Assembly (NCBI GenBank): GCA_965646445.1
Contig: CBFFZW010000005.1
Span: forward strand, 1-64,000
Direction of reading: 5' to 3'
Length of the DNA: 64,000 bases
Origin: an uncultured Christensenellales bacterium
GTDB lineage: Bacteria > Bacillota > Clostridia > Christensenellales > Aristaeellaceae
Shown: one piece after another, positions 1-9,764 of the stretch
How positions within the stretch are numbered: position 1 is the first letter of the stretch
Layout of the letters: every line of letters begins with the position of its first letter
Notes under the pieces: model-generated
What the model saw: only the letters and a program-made list of their open reading frames with translations
What the model was told of the DNA's origin: nothing
Database searches by the model: none
Program-made: the position numbers and the translations under genes

Positions 1-92
1 GCACGGGCGCGGGGCGGCGGACGACGGGCGCGTCCTGGGAAAAGGACGGCCGCTCGGCGGGGGCGGGGGCGGACGGCGGGAGAGCCTGTCCG

Positions 93-785
93 TCAGGGGT
101 CTTGTATCGGTCGGAGCGCCTGCGGCGCTGAATGGGCGGGTTGGGATTCTCCATGGGGGCCTCCTTTGTCAGGGGGTGAAGCCAGCCTGACTTCCTCAGC
201 GTACAGCGGGGGGATCATGGCTTTAGTGTAGCCGATTGTGCCGCTGGTGTCAATGACCACTTGTGCGCGGGCGGCCTTTTCCCCGGCGGGCAGCTGGCTG
301 TCCACGCGGGCCTCGGCTTCCGGGCGGGTCAAACCGTCCCGGGCCATCAGCCGCCGCAGCTGCGTCTCCCTGGGCAGGGCGACGCACCAGACACGGTCGC
401 ACCAGGCGTCCAGGCCGGTCTCGTAGAGCAGGGGCATGTCCAGCACGCACACAGCCGCGCTTTCAGCCTTGGCCTGCGCCATCAGGCGGCGGATCTCCTG
501 GCGGATCATGGGCTGCATGATGCCGTCCAGCGTCGCCCGGGCCTGGCCGTCCGCGAAGATTCGCGCGCCCAGCGCCCGGCGGTTCAGGCTGCCGTCGGAT
601 GCAAAGACGCCGTCGCCAAAGGCTTCCCGCAGCGCGGGCAGGGCCATGCCGCCGGGCCGGGTGATGTCGTGGGCGATGGCGTCGCCGTCAATGATGAAGG
701 CGCCCAGCGCCCGCAGGGCGTCGCTGACGTTGCTTTTGCCGCAGGCGATGCCGCCGGTCAGGCCGATGACGCGCATGGCAGACAC
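93..785 (-). CDS. coaE: dephospho-CoA kinase
   Basis: N-terminal MRVIGLTGGIACGKS P-loop, typical CoaE length and fold motifs; C-terminal low-complexity extension unusual. Confidence 0.8.
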   Translation of the reverse strand: MSAMRVIGLTGGIACGKSNVSDALRALGAFIIDGDAIAHDITRPGGMALPALREAFGDGVFASDGSLNRRALGARIFADGQARATLDGIMQPMIRQEIRRLMAQAKAESAAVCVLDMPLLYETGLDAWCDRVWCVALPRETQLRRLMARDGLTRPEAEARVDSQLPAGEKAARAQVVIDTSGTIGYTKAMIPPLYAEEVRLASPPDKGGPHGESQPAHSAPQALRPIQDP

Positions 786-887
786 TTCCTTCCTTGAATC
801 AACGAAGGAGCGGGCGAAAAGCCTGCCGCCCCTTCCGCGGTACGCAAAGCTCCCGGCGGACAGTATCCTGTCTGCCGGGAGAAGAAT

Positions 888-1694
888 TTACCGTTTTTTG
901 CCCCAGAGGTTCCACAGCCCAAAGCCCGCCAGCAGGGAGCTGAAGGGCATGCAGCCGCATCCGCAGCCCCGGCGATTGCGCCGTCTGCCGCTGTTGCCGA
1001 AGATGACCATCAGCAGGAAGATGGTCAGCAGGGCCTTGCCCAGGCTGATGCCGGAATCGTCGTCTTCCAGTTCGACGGTGTGCTTCTCAACCCGCTGCTC
1101 GGTCTCGAGCCGACGGGGCAGCCAGTCGGACATATCAAGGGGCCGTCCCACCGTGCCGAAAAGACCGGACAGGTCGATCTCCTCATCCCAGGCCCGGGCG
1201 ACTTCCTTGGCCAGGGCGGGAATGAAGGCGTTGATGGCGCCGTCGTAATCCTGACGGAGAAAGGGCTCCTCCAGGTAGGCGCTGATCAGCCGCTGCTGAA
1301 TGCCGCTGGGAAGGCGGCGGTTCACATCCCGGCCGCCGAAAAGGCCGAATTTGTCCTCGCCCACGCACAGGAGCAGGTCGTCGTCGCCCAGGTTCCATTG
1401 CTCCCGAAGACCTTCGCCGTAGCGCTGCAGGCTGGCGCCGTCCAGAAAATCGACGGTGGCTACATGCAGGAAAACGTCGGTCTCATCCTCAATGATGTCG
1501 ATGGCCTCCGTCAGATCGTTCACGGTCTCCCGGGAGAGGACGGCGGCAGCGTCGACAATGGTGCCGTCGGTGCGGAAATCGGGGTAGCGGGGTTCGGCCA
1601 GGGCGGTGCTCCACAGGGCGAAGAAGATCGCGGTGAAAGCCAGGGTCAGGGCGGTGATAACCATCGCCAGCCCTTGAAGAATACGGCGCATCAT
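888..1694 (-). CDS. TPM-domain (TLP18.3/Psb32/MOLO-1) membrane-anchored phosphatase-like protein with Gly/Cys-rich C-terminal tail
   Basis: N-terminal TM/signal, central TPM-like region, C-terminal TM plus GCGCGC tail; start codon overlaps upstream gene stop (ATGA). Confidence 0.65.
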   Translation of the reverse strand: MMRRILQGLAMVITALTLAFTAIFFALWSTALAEPRYPDFRTDGTIVDAAAVLSRETVNDLTEAIDIIEDETDVFLHVATVDFLDGASLQRYGEGLREQWNLGDDDLLLCVGEDKFGLFGGRDVNRRLPSGIQQRLISAYLEEPFLRQDYDGAINAFIPALAKEVARAWDEEIDLSGLFGTVGRPLDMSDWLPRRLETEQRVEKHTVELEDDDSGISLGKALLTIFLLMVIFGNSGRRRNRRGCGCGCMPFSSLLAGFGLWNLWGKKR

Positions 1695-2238
1695 GGCAGC
1701 CCTCCTTCCTCCGCCAGGGGCATCACGCCCAGGGCGATGGCCAGCCTGCCCGTGAATGAGGAGCGAAGCCGATGGTTGAAGGCGCGCACCTGCGTCAGGT
1801 AGGAGCTGCCGGAGCCCGACGCCTCGCCCAGGATGCGGGTCAGGGTGCTGATGTACACCTGATCCCGGGGGCTCTGCTGCACGGTATCCAGCTTGGGCAG
1901 CTCGTCGGCCAATTGAAGGGCGAGGGCCGTCAGCCGCTGATCCGCCTGGGCCAGCAGGACGGTGGTTGCCTGTTCGTTTTCCAGCGTGGCGCGAAGGCTG
2001 CGCAGCTCGGTCAGGCGGCTGTCATCGGCAGGGAGATGGCGGGCGGCCACCACGCACAGGTTGGCCGCGTCCATGGCCCGCTCTGACAGCGCGGCGTAGA
2101 CGGTTCCCTCCTGGCGATCCGGGTGCAGCACCTTATCCTGCTCGGCGCGCCAGCCGCGCACCGCGCCATGGCATATTCCCCCGATGACCAGCGCCGCGCA
2201 CAGCAATGCGCAGGCCAGGGTGGTCAGGGTATTCTTCA
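1691..2238 (-). CDS. membrane-anchored helical protein, possible LemA-like partner of TPM protein
   Basis: 182 aa, N-terminal TM (MKNTLTTLACALLCAALVIGG), helical remainder, 4-nt overlap with downstream TPM gene; canonical LemA motif not recognisable. Confidence 0.35.
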
Positions 2239-2458
2239 TGGATGTTGTCCTCCTGAGGTCGCTTGTTCGCCCGATGGCGAAGGTGACGGCAGCAATGCTG
2301 CCTGCCGTCGGCAGACTCAATTCGTATCCGACGGGCGGCATCGCCGCAAGAAAAAAACCGGCGGGGCGGGGCGTTTTTCGTAGCAAAATGAAATGTTGCG
2401 GAGAAAAACATGCCTCAGCATTTTTCGTCAAAGTGGCAAAGCCACTTTGACGAGAGCG

Positions 2459-3613
2459 TTAGCTCATGTGGGTCTGCAGCAGCTTCTGCTTCAGCTCGCC
2501 CTCCATGCGGTAGAGCTCCTTTTCGGCCTCCATGCGCTTCTGATGGCCGTCGCGCTGGATGGCCATCACCTCGTCGATGGTGTCGATCAGGCTCTGGTTG
2601 GTCTGCACCAGGGTTTGGATGTCAATGATGCCGCGCTCGGCCTCCCGGGCGGTTTCCACCGTGCCCATTTTGAGGGTCTCGGCGTTCTTGCGCAGGAGCT
2701 CGTTGGTCATATCGGTGACGGCGGTCTGGGCCTTCAGGGCCTGCTGGCTGTGGTGGAGGCCCAGGGCCAGCACCATTTGACTCTTCCACAGGGGCAGCGT
2801 GTTGGACAGCGTGGACTGAATACGCTCCACCAGCAGGCTGTCGTTGTTCTGCAAAAGGCGGATCTGAGGAGCCATCTGCATGGAGACCTGGCGGGTCAGC
2901 TTGAGGTCGTGCAGCTTTTTCTCGAAGCGATCCAGCTGGGCGGCCAGGTCGTTGGCCTTCTGGGCGTCCATGGCATCGCCGGATTGCTCGGCCTTGCGGC
3001 GCAGCTCCTGCAGTTCGCCCTCCCGCAGGCGGGCCAGCTTCTCGTCGCCGGCGATGATGTACAGCGTCAGCTGGCGGAAATACTCGCTGTTCTTGTCGTA
3101 AAGGCGGTCGAACATGGCCACGTCCTTGAGCAGCTGTGCCTGGTAATCCTCCAGGGAGTTGGCGATGTTCTCCACATTGCCGCTGACCTTAGCGTAGCGG
3201 GCCTGCATCTTGGTGATGCGGCTCTCGGCGGAGGAAAACAGCTTGCGCAGCCCGCGGGGCTCCTCCGTATCCTCCTCAAAGCCCTTCAGCTCGCCCACCA
3301 GGTTGACCAGCATATCGCCCACGGGGCCGGTATCCTGGGTGCGGACGGCCTCCAGGGCGGTATCGGAAAAGTCGGCGATGTTCTTCTGGGCGTCCGCGCC
3401 GAAGAGAAGGACATGGTCGGGGTTGGTGACATCCAGCTTGTTCAGGAAGACCTCGATGGCCTGACGTTCGGCGGGGGTCAGCTGGCTGTCGTCCAGCCGG
3501 GGCGCCTGAGCGGCGGGAGCGGGCTGCTCCTGGATGGAGCGGGCTGCTGAGGTCGGCGAAGTGACGGGGGCTTCGGGGGTCAGGGAAAGCATCGGGGCCT
3601 GCTGTTCAGTCAT
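2459..3613 (-). CDS. telA: toxic anion resistance protein TelA/YaaN family
   Basis: 384 aa, coiled-coil rich, characteristic TelA-family sequence along full length. Confidence 0.8.
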   Translation of the reverse strand: MTEQQAPMLSLTPEAPVTSPTSAARSIQEQPAPAAQAPRLDDSQLTPAERQAIEVFLNKLDVTNPDHVLLFGADAQKNIADFSDTALEAVRTQDTGPVGDMLVNLVGELKGFEEDTEEPRGLRKLFSSAESRITKMQARYAKVSGNVENIANSLEDYQAQLLKDVAMFDRLYDKNSEYFRQLTLYIIAGDEKLARLREGELQELRRKAEQSGDAMDAQKANDLAAQLDRFEKKLHDLKLTRQVSMQMAPQIRLLQNNDSLLVERIQSTLSNTLPLWKSQMVLALGLHHSQQALKAQTAVTDMTNELLRKNAETLKMGTVETAREAERGIIDIQTLVQTNQSLIDTIDEVMAIQRDGHQKRMEAEKELYRMEGELKQKLLQTHMS

Positions 3614-3640
3614 GGCGGGGTTCCTCCTTGCGGCGTTTGT

Positions 3641-4444
3641 TTATTGCTTGCGGCGTTCCTGGCTGTAAAAGGACACAAAGTCCTCCTCCTCAGCGGGAAT
3701 CACCTTGGGGTTGGTGGCTTTCATCTGGGCGGAGGCGGCGGTGGCGGAGGGCGGGGCGGCCCTGAAGTCGCCCGCGTAGCCGTCCCGCTTGAGCATCTGC
3801 TCCATCACGTCGATGTCGGTGGACACGTCCAGCATGGTATCCTTGTAAAGATTGTCCAGCTGCTTCTGGCAGGCGGTGAGCACCATGCCCATGCCGCGGA
3901 TGGCCTCGGAACGGGCGGCGGCCATGTCCTCCGCCGATACGCCCCGCTGATCCATCGTGCGGTAGCTGCCCAGCACCTTCAGGGTCGTGGGCAGGTAGTA
4001 GTTCATGAATTTGCGGATTTGCGGCGCCTTGGCGGGCTTTTCCGCCACGGTGGTGAAGATCTGCACGCACAGCCGTTCCAGTTCGTCCATCTGGCCGGAG
4101 AGCACCTCGTCCAGGATGGCGTCGTTCTCGGCGCGGATCTGATGGAGCATTTCCTGACCTTTGGCGATGACGGCGTCGGCGCCTTCATCCCCGGAGAGCG
4201 GAAGCTCCTCCACCTGCCGGGCCTTGGCGGCGGCGTCCTCCTTGTTGTGGGTGCTGACGTCCAGCCCTGTACCCATGATGCTGACCACCTTGCCCACCAG
4301 GATGGCCAGCAGGGCGCAGGGGATATAATCGCCCACGCGATACAGCGGGAACAGCGCGGAATACAGCACCACCACCACGCCCGCGGCGATGGCGCCGGCC
4401 TTGCGGCCCTTCCTGGTTCTGGGGGACTTCTTGCTCTGCTTCAT
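3641..4444 (-). CDS. XpaC-like (5-bromo-4-chloroindolyl phosphate hydrolysis) membrane protein
   Basis: N-terminal basic region plus 2 TM helices then soluble helical domain; classic telA-xpaC adjacency as in Bacillus yaaN-xpaC; start chosen at MKQSKKS. Confidence 0.55.
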   Translation of the reverse strand: MKQSKKSPRTRKGRKAGAIAAGVVVVLYSALFPLYRVGDYIPCALLAILVGKVVSIMGTGLDVSTHNKEDAAAKARQVEELPLSGDEGADAVIAKGQEMLHQIRAENDAILDEVLSGQMDELERLCVQIFTTVAEKPAKAPQIRKFMNYYLPTTLKVLGSYRTMDQRGVSAEDMAAARSEAIRGMGMVLTACQKQLDNLYKDTMLDVSTDIDVMEQMLKRDGYAGDFRAAPPSATAASAQMKATNPKVIPAEEEDFVSFYSQERRKQ

Positions 4445-4710
4445 GGCGGCTCCTTTATCCGTAAGGCTTGTTTTCAAGCTGAATGATACATGATTCCAGG
4501 CGCCGGCGCAAGTCAAGTCCGCGGAAAGATACATTCCGGCGTCTCATTGCCACGAAAGGAGGAATCATCCATCACGACCTATTATAGCACACCCCCATGG
4601 GAAAAAACAGTGAGAATTTGATGAGGAATTGATGGGAAAGAAGGCGTCTTCGCGGATGTTCTAACGGCCAACGGACGCACATATCCTGTGCCAGACGGAA
4701 GGGGGAGACC

Positions 4711-6237
4711 ATGATGGACATGCGGTTGCTCAAGGAAAACGTGCAGATGGAGCGCCTTGCCGGCGCGGGCGCGGATCAGGCGGTGGTGGAAGGGGAAATC
4801 ACCCTTCCGGGGGGCCTGCGGGAGGAAGCCAGGGTGCTTTCCGCCGGAGGTATGGCGGTGATCGACGCCGTGGAGGCGCTGCAGGATAAGGCGTCGGTAA
4901 CGGGCAAGGTGGTGTTCCACGCCCTGTATACCCAGGGCGATCCGGGCAAGGTCAACGCCATCGAGGCCACGGCGGACTTCACCCATGTGATGGAAATGCC
5001 GGGGATGCAGCCCCGGAATCTGTGCCGCCTGGAGGCCCAGGTGGAGCATGTGGAGGCCGCGGCCGCCGGGGGACGACTGTCCCTGAAGGCGGTGGTGCAG
5101 CTGGTCGGCCGGGCGCTGACGAAGCAGCCGGTGGAGGTTATCACCGGGATCACCGGGGTGGACGGCATCGAGGTGGCCTCCCGCCCGCTGACGGTGAAGC
5201 GCACCGTGGCCGAGGGCAGCGGGGAAACCCTGCTCCGGGAGGAATTCGCCCTGCCCGAGGGCATGCAGATTCGCGAGACGCTCTATGGTACCGCCACGCC
5301 CCAGGTGACGGAGGTCACGGGGGGCATGGGCCGCGTGGGACTCTCCGGCCAGGTGGCGCTGGAGGTCGTTCACGCCTCCGAGCTCCCGGGCAAGCCGGTG
5401 GTCATCACCCGGCATACCCTGCCCTTCGAGCAGACGGTGGAGCTGACCGGGGAGGACGGCGACCTGCTGGAGGGCCGTGTCAGCATCCGCGATGTGGCGG
5501 TGGCCAGCCAGAGCGACGAAAAGGGCGAGCGCACGCTGAGGGCGGAGGTGCTTCTGGGCCTGAGCGCGTGGGCCGACCGTAAGGAGGAGCTGACCGTGCT
5601 GGACGACGCCTATACGATCGCTGGCGACGATCTGCGCCTCACGGGGCAGACCGTTTCCTGCCGGGTGGACGACCGCTTCCATCAGGCGGCGGAAAGCGGC
5701 AAGGTGATGCTGATGCTGCCCGAGGGCTCGCCCGCGGTGCGCGGCGTGCTGTGCGGCTTCGCCACCCCCGTGATGACGGGCCGGGAGCAGATCGGCGGAC
5801 GGCTCAACGTGGAGGGTATGCTGGAAATCACCCTTTTGTACATGACGGATGATTCCGACGCGCCGGTGGCGGTGTATCAGGAGGAGCCCTTCCGCGTCAC
5901 CTTCGCGGCGGAAACCGGGGAGGGCGACGTCATCAGCCTGACGGCCAGCGACGTGGATGTCAGCGCCATCACCTCCGACCGGATCGAGATGAAATACATC
6001 CTGCACATGCAGTCCAGCGGCCTGGTGACGGACGAGGCGCGGCTGATGACGGACGCATCCATGGTGGCCTCGGGCAGCCCCGAGGAGGGGATCGTGCTGT
6101 ACTTCACCCAGCCCGGCGAAAGCCTGTGGGACATCGCCCGGCGCTACCGCGTCCCCGTGACTGACGTGAAGAATCTGAACCCCGACCTTGGCGGCGAGCC
6201 CAAGACGGGCCAGGGCGTGGTGGTTTGGCACAGGTGA
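4711..6237 (+). CDS. SipL-like DUF3794 repeat / C-terminal LysM sporulation protein
   Basis: 508 aa, repeated DUF3794-like segments, C-terminal LysM-like motif (GESLWDIARRYRVPV). Confidence 0.5.
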   Translation: MMDMRLLKENVQMERLAGAGADQAVVEGEITLPGGLREEARVLSAGGMAVIDAVEALQDKASVTGKVVFHALYTQGDPGKVNAIEATADFTHVMEMPGMQPRNLCRLEAQVEHVEAAAAGGRLSLKAVVQLVGRALTKQPVEVITGITGVDGIEVASRPLTVKRTVAEGSGETLLREEFALPEGMQIRETLYGTATPQVTEVTGGMGRVGLSGQVALEVVHASELPGKPVVITRHTLPFEQTVELTGEDGDLLEGRVSIRDVAVASQSDEKGERTLRAEVLLGLSAWADRKEELTVLDDAYTIAGDDLRLTGQTVSCRVDDRFHQAAESGKVMLMLPEGSPAVRGVLCGFATPVMTGREQIGGRLNVEGMLEITLLYMTDDSDAPVAVYQEEPFRVTFAAETGEGDVISLTASDVDVSAITSDRIEMKYILHMQSSGLVTDEARLMTDASMVASGSPEEGIVLYFTQPGESLWDIARRYRVPVTDVKNLNPDLGGEPKTGQGVVVWHR

Positions 6238-6339
6238 AAAAAGGAAGGGATGTTCAAAGGCTATCAGTTTTCAATTAGGTTAGCAATCATCGGCAGCGTG
6301 CGCAGCGCTGCCGTTTTAATTTTTGCCAAAACTGCCCAC

Positions 6340-6381
6340 TTGACATTTAGTACGGTTTTGGACTATACCGCAATAGTACGG
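6340..6381 (+). promoter_or_regulatory. candidate sigma-A promoter (TTGACA -35 at 6340) with 8-bp direct repeats TAGTACGG at 6348 and 6374, putative MarR autoregulatory operator
   Basis: TTGACA 6340-6345, weak -10 near 6363; repeats flank -10; RBS AAGGAGGAG before ATG 6409. Confidence 0.4.
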
Positions 6382-6408
6382 AATTAGACTAATATAAGGA
6401 GGAGTACG

Positions 6409-6885
6409 ATGCTTGAACGTAATGCCATGCTGGAGCAGCTGAACCGCTACTACACCGTCTGGCAGGCATGCAATGCCGTGTATGAGGATTGGGCCAAGGC
6501 TCACGGCCTGTCCGCCAACAGCCTGATGGTGCTGTCCGCACTTCACGAAGGCGGGGAAGCCTGCACCCAGAAAAAAATCAGCCAGCGGTGGTCGATCCCA
6601 AAGCAGACGACCAACATGATCCTCAAGGAGCTGGAACGTAAGGGTTATGTGGCGCTTCTTCCCATGCGGGAGGACAAGCGGAACAAGCAGATCCGCTTGA
6701 CGCCGTCAGGTCATGATTACGCGGACGCCATCATTACAAGGCTGCGAAGGGTAGAAATGTATGTGGTGGAGCAAATGGGCCTGGAAAGGATGAAGCAGCT
6801 GAACGAGAACACGGCGCTGTTCGTGTCACTGTTCGGCAAGGCCGGAAAAGAAGCTGAAGGTGAAAACGATGAAAGCTGTGAGTGA
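6409..6885 (+). CDS. MarR family transcriptional regulator
   Basis: 158 aa winged-helix MarR-like sequence. Confidence 0.85.
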   Translation: MLERNAMLEQLNRYYTVWQACNAVYEDWAKAHGLSANSLMVLSALHEGGEACTQKKISQRWSIPKQTTNMILKELERKGYVALLPMREDKRNKQIRLTPSGHDYADAIITRLRRVEMYVVEQMGLERMKQLNENTALFVSLFGKAGKEAEGENDESCE

Positions 6886-8120
6886 GAAAAAGACGTTCTT
6901 CCGATATGTGATCCCCTCGGTGCTGTCCTTTGCCCTTTCGGGCGTGTACGCCATCGTGGACGGCTACTTTGTGGGCAACAGCATGGGCGATCTGGGGCTT
7001 TCCGCCGTCAACATCGCCTATCCCATCGTCGCGGTCATCCAGGCATTGGGCACGGGCATCGGCATGGGCGGCGCCATCCATTACGCCATCAGCAAGGCGG
7101 AAAAGAAGGATCAGGAGGCCCGCGATTTTACGGCGGGCGCGCTTTGGGTGCTGCTGATGGCCAGCGCGCTGCTGACGGCGGGGGTCTACCTGCTGAACCG
7201 TCCGCTCCTGCAGCTGCTGGGCGCGCGGGATCAGCTGCTCGGCCTGGGCGAGGCGTACATTGCCATCATCGCCCTGGGCGCCGCGACGCAGGTGATCGGC
7301 ACGGGGCGTCCCGTTCATCAGGAATCACGGCGGCTCCGTTTACGCCATGGTCGCCATGATCGCGGGCTTCATCAGCAACATCATCCTGGACTATCTGTTT
7401 GTATGGGTGTGGAACCAGGGCGCGGCGGGTGCCGCGCTGGCCACCGTCATCGGCCAGGGCGTAACGATGCTGATGGCGCTGGCCTATCTGCTGCGGCGCA
7501 GGAAGCTGACGCTGCGCATCCGGCCCTTCCGGCTGTGGTCGGTGGCCGATGACATCATCAAGGTGGGTCTTGCTCCCTTTGGACTGGCCATGACGCCCAA
7601 TATCTCCCTGATCATCATCAACCGCTTCTCCATGGCTTATGACGGGGAACCGGCCGTCGCGACCTATGCGTGCATCGCTTACATCATCTGCATCATCTAT
7701 CTGATCCTCCAGGGCGTGGGCGACGAAAGCCAGCCGCTGATGAGCCAGCATCATGGTGAGCGGGACACGGCGCGGCTGCGGAACGTGCGGCGGATGGCGT
7801 ACCGGTTCGCCATGGCGCTGTCGGTGCTCGGCTGCGTGGTGATGTATGTGACCCGGGGGAGCCTGGGGACGCTGTTCGGCGCATCCGCCGAGGTGAACGC
7901 GGAGATCGCCAGGATCATGCCGATCTTCCTGGTCTCCGTGCCCTTCGTGGCCATCACCCGCATCACGACGGCCAGCTTTTACGCCACGGAAAAAAGCGCG
8001 CTCTCGTACATCCTCACCTTTATTGAGCCCGTACTGATGCTTATCCTGATGCTGATTCTGCCGCCGCTGCTGGCGCTGGTGCTGAAACGCCGTGTGGATC
8101 GGCAGGACTTGCTGACCTGA
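6860..8120 (+). pseudogene. MATE family efflux transporter, interrupted by frameshift near 7301-7312 (GGGG tract)
   Basis: Two consecutive ORFs (6860-7552, 7347-8120) in different frames that together span a ~420 aa 12-TM MATE protein; junction reads QVIGTG / VPFIRNHGGSVYAMVAMIAG. Confidence 0.75.
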
Positions 8121-8174
8121 TGTCAATCCCCGCCGGGAAGTCATTGCTTTTCGGCGGGCATTGCTTTATAATCG

Positions 8175-8774
8175 TTGGTATCAATGACGGCATGGGCGGA
8201 AGGATGGGGCGGCATGTGCGACGGGATGATTTTTGTCAGCAGGGAGGCCTTCAGGGCGTGGCTTGAGGAGCATTGCCTGTCGCAGGAGGGCGTCTGGCTG
8301 GTCTTCGGCAAGGAAGGCGGGCCGAAAACGGTCAAGGCCGGGGAAGCCCTGGAGGAGGCGCTGTGCTTTGGCTGGATTGACGGACAGATGCAGAGCATTG
8401 ACGATAAGACGTACAGAAAATACTTCGCCATGCGCAGGGAAAAGAGCAAGTGGTCGGAGAAAAACAAGGCGCTGGCACAACGGCTGGAAGAACGGGGCCT
8501 GATGACGGACCTCGGCCGGAGAAAGATGGAGGAAGCGAAGCGGAACGGCCAGTGGGACGCGCCCGCGCCCGCGGCGGTGACGGATGAGGCCATCGCTGGC
8601 GTCGCCGCGCTGCTGGAAGGCCATGAGCCCGCCTTTACCAACTTCCAGGCCATGTCCCTGTCCGTCAGAAAAACCTACACACGGGCGTATCTGGACGCCA
8701 AGACGGATGCCGGACGGGAAAAGCGGCTGGCATGGATGCTGGACAGGCTTGACCGGAACCTCAAGCCTATGTGA
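8175..8774 (+). CDS. YdeI/OmpD-associated family protein
   Basis: 199 aa; W- and basic-rich motifs typical of YdeI family (FGWIDGQ, KWSEKNK). Confidence 0.55.
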   Translation: MVSMTAWAEGWGGMCDGMIFVSREAFRAWLEEHCLSQEGVWLVFGKEGGPKTVKAGEALEEALCFGWIDGQMQSIDDKTYRKYFAMRREKSKWSEKNKALAQRLEERGLMTDLGRRKMEEAKRNGQWDAPAPAAVTDEAIAGVAALLEGHEPAFTNFQAMSLSVRKTYTRAYLDAKTDAGREKRLAWMLDRLDRNLKPM

Positions 8775-8839
8775 GCGATGAATATCAAGAAGGACAAGGC
8801 GAGCCCTCAAGGGTTGCTTTGTCCTTTTTGTCTTTGCCC

Positions 8840-9709
8840 TCATTCCTCCCGCAGCATCAGGCTTTCCCGGCAGGTGCGGGTGTGGAAGGTGTAGTGCCAC
8901 CTCTGCCGCAGCCGCTGGCTGACGGCCTGGGCCAGGCTGTCCCGGGGGAACACGCCGAAGACCGCCGAGCCGCTGCCGGTCATCATGGCCAGGGCCGCGC
9001 CGTGCTGCCGAAGGGCCTGGATCGCCCGGCCTATCTGCGGGCGCAGGGCCTCGCTGACGGGCTGAAGCACGTTGCCAAGGCTCGTCTTCATCAGCGGCAG
9101 ATCGCCGTTTATGAGCGCTTGCGCGCCGCTGTCCGTCACGGGGTGAAGGACGTCGGTCTGCTGGTGGTAGGCCTCGAAGACCGTGCCTGTGGACAGTCCC
9201 CGGCAGGGCTGGATGACCACCAGGGGCCATTCCCGGCCGGACGGCAGGGCTTCCATGACTTCCCCCACCCCCGTGGTGCGGGTCAGGCCTCCCCGGAGGC
9301 AGAAGGGCACATCCGCGCCCAGGGTCAGGCCCAGCGCCTCCAGCTCGGCAGGCGAAAGGCCTGTCTTCCACAGGCGGTTCAGCCCGAAAAGCACCGCCGC
9401 CGCGTCCGCGCTGCCGCCGCCCATGCCCGCGCCGATGGGAATGTGCTTCTCCACATGGATGGCCGCGCCCCCGGAATAGCCGGTGTGCTCCTGCAGCGCC
9501 CGGGCAGCCCGCAGCGCCAGGTGCTTGTCCGACGGCGGAAGGCAGGGGTCGCCGCCGGTGGTCAGGGTGAGGGCGTCCGCAGGCAAAAGCGTGACCTCAT
9601 CGCACAGGGCGATGGGCTGCATCAGCATGTCCATCAGATGATAGCCGTCCTCCCGCTGCCCCGTGATGTCCAGCGACCAGTTGATCTTCGCCCGTGCTTC
9701 CACCAGCAT
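8840..9709 (-). CDS. ispE: 4-diphosphocytidyl-2-C-methyl-D-erythritol kinase
   Basis: GHMP kinase motifs (PIGAGMGGGSADAAA); start MLVEARAKINW at 9709 preceded by AAGGAGGG RBS; own promoter TTGATG-17-TATGAT in 9715-9760 (minus strand). Confidence 0.85.
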   Translation of the reverse strand: MLVEARAKINWSLDITGQREDGYHLMDMLMQPIALCDEVTLLPADALTLTTGGDPCLPPSDKHLALRAARALQEHTGYSGGAAIHVEKHIPIGAGMGGGSADAAAVLFGLNRLWKTGLSPAELEALGLTLGADVPFCLRGGLTRTTGVGEVMEALPSGREWPLVVIQPCRGLSTGTVFEAYHQQTDVLHPVTDSGAQALINGDLPLMKTSLGNVLQPVSEALRPQIGRAIQALRQHGAALAMMTGSGSAVFGVFPRDSLAQAVSQRLRQRWHYTFHTRTCRESLMLREE

Positions 9710-9764
9710 GGCCAGGCCCTCCTTCGTATTGTTTGTCCCTATCATACGCCATCGGGCGCAAAAC

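Noticed and set aside
2393-3550. 385-aa plus-strand ORF
   Set aside because: Exactly antisense to the well-supported telA gene; Leu/Gly/Ala-rich low-complexity translation typical of GC-rich shadow ORFs
4582-6231. 549-aa minus-strand ORF
   Set aside because: Antisense to SipL-like gene; His/Arg/Gly-rich junk composition
8181-9371. 396-aa minus-strand ORF overlapping YdeI and ispE regions
   Set aside because: Pro/Arg/Gly-rich, overlaps two supported genes in other frames
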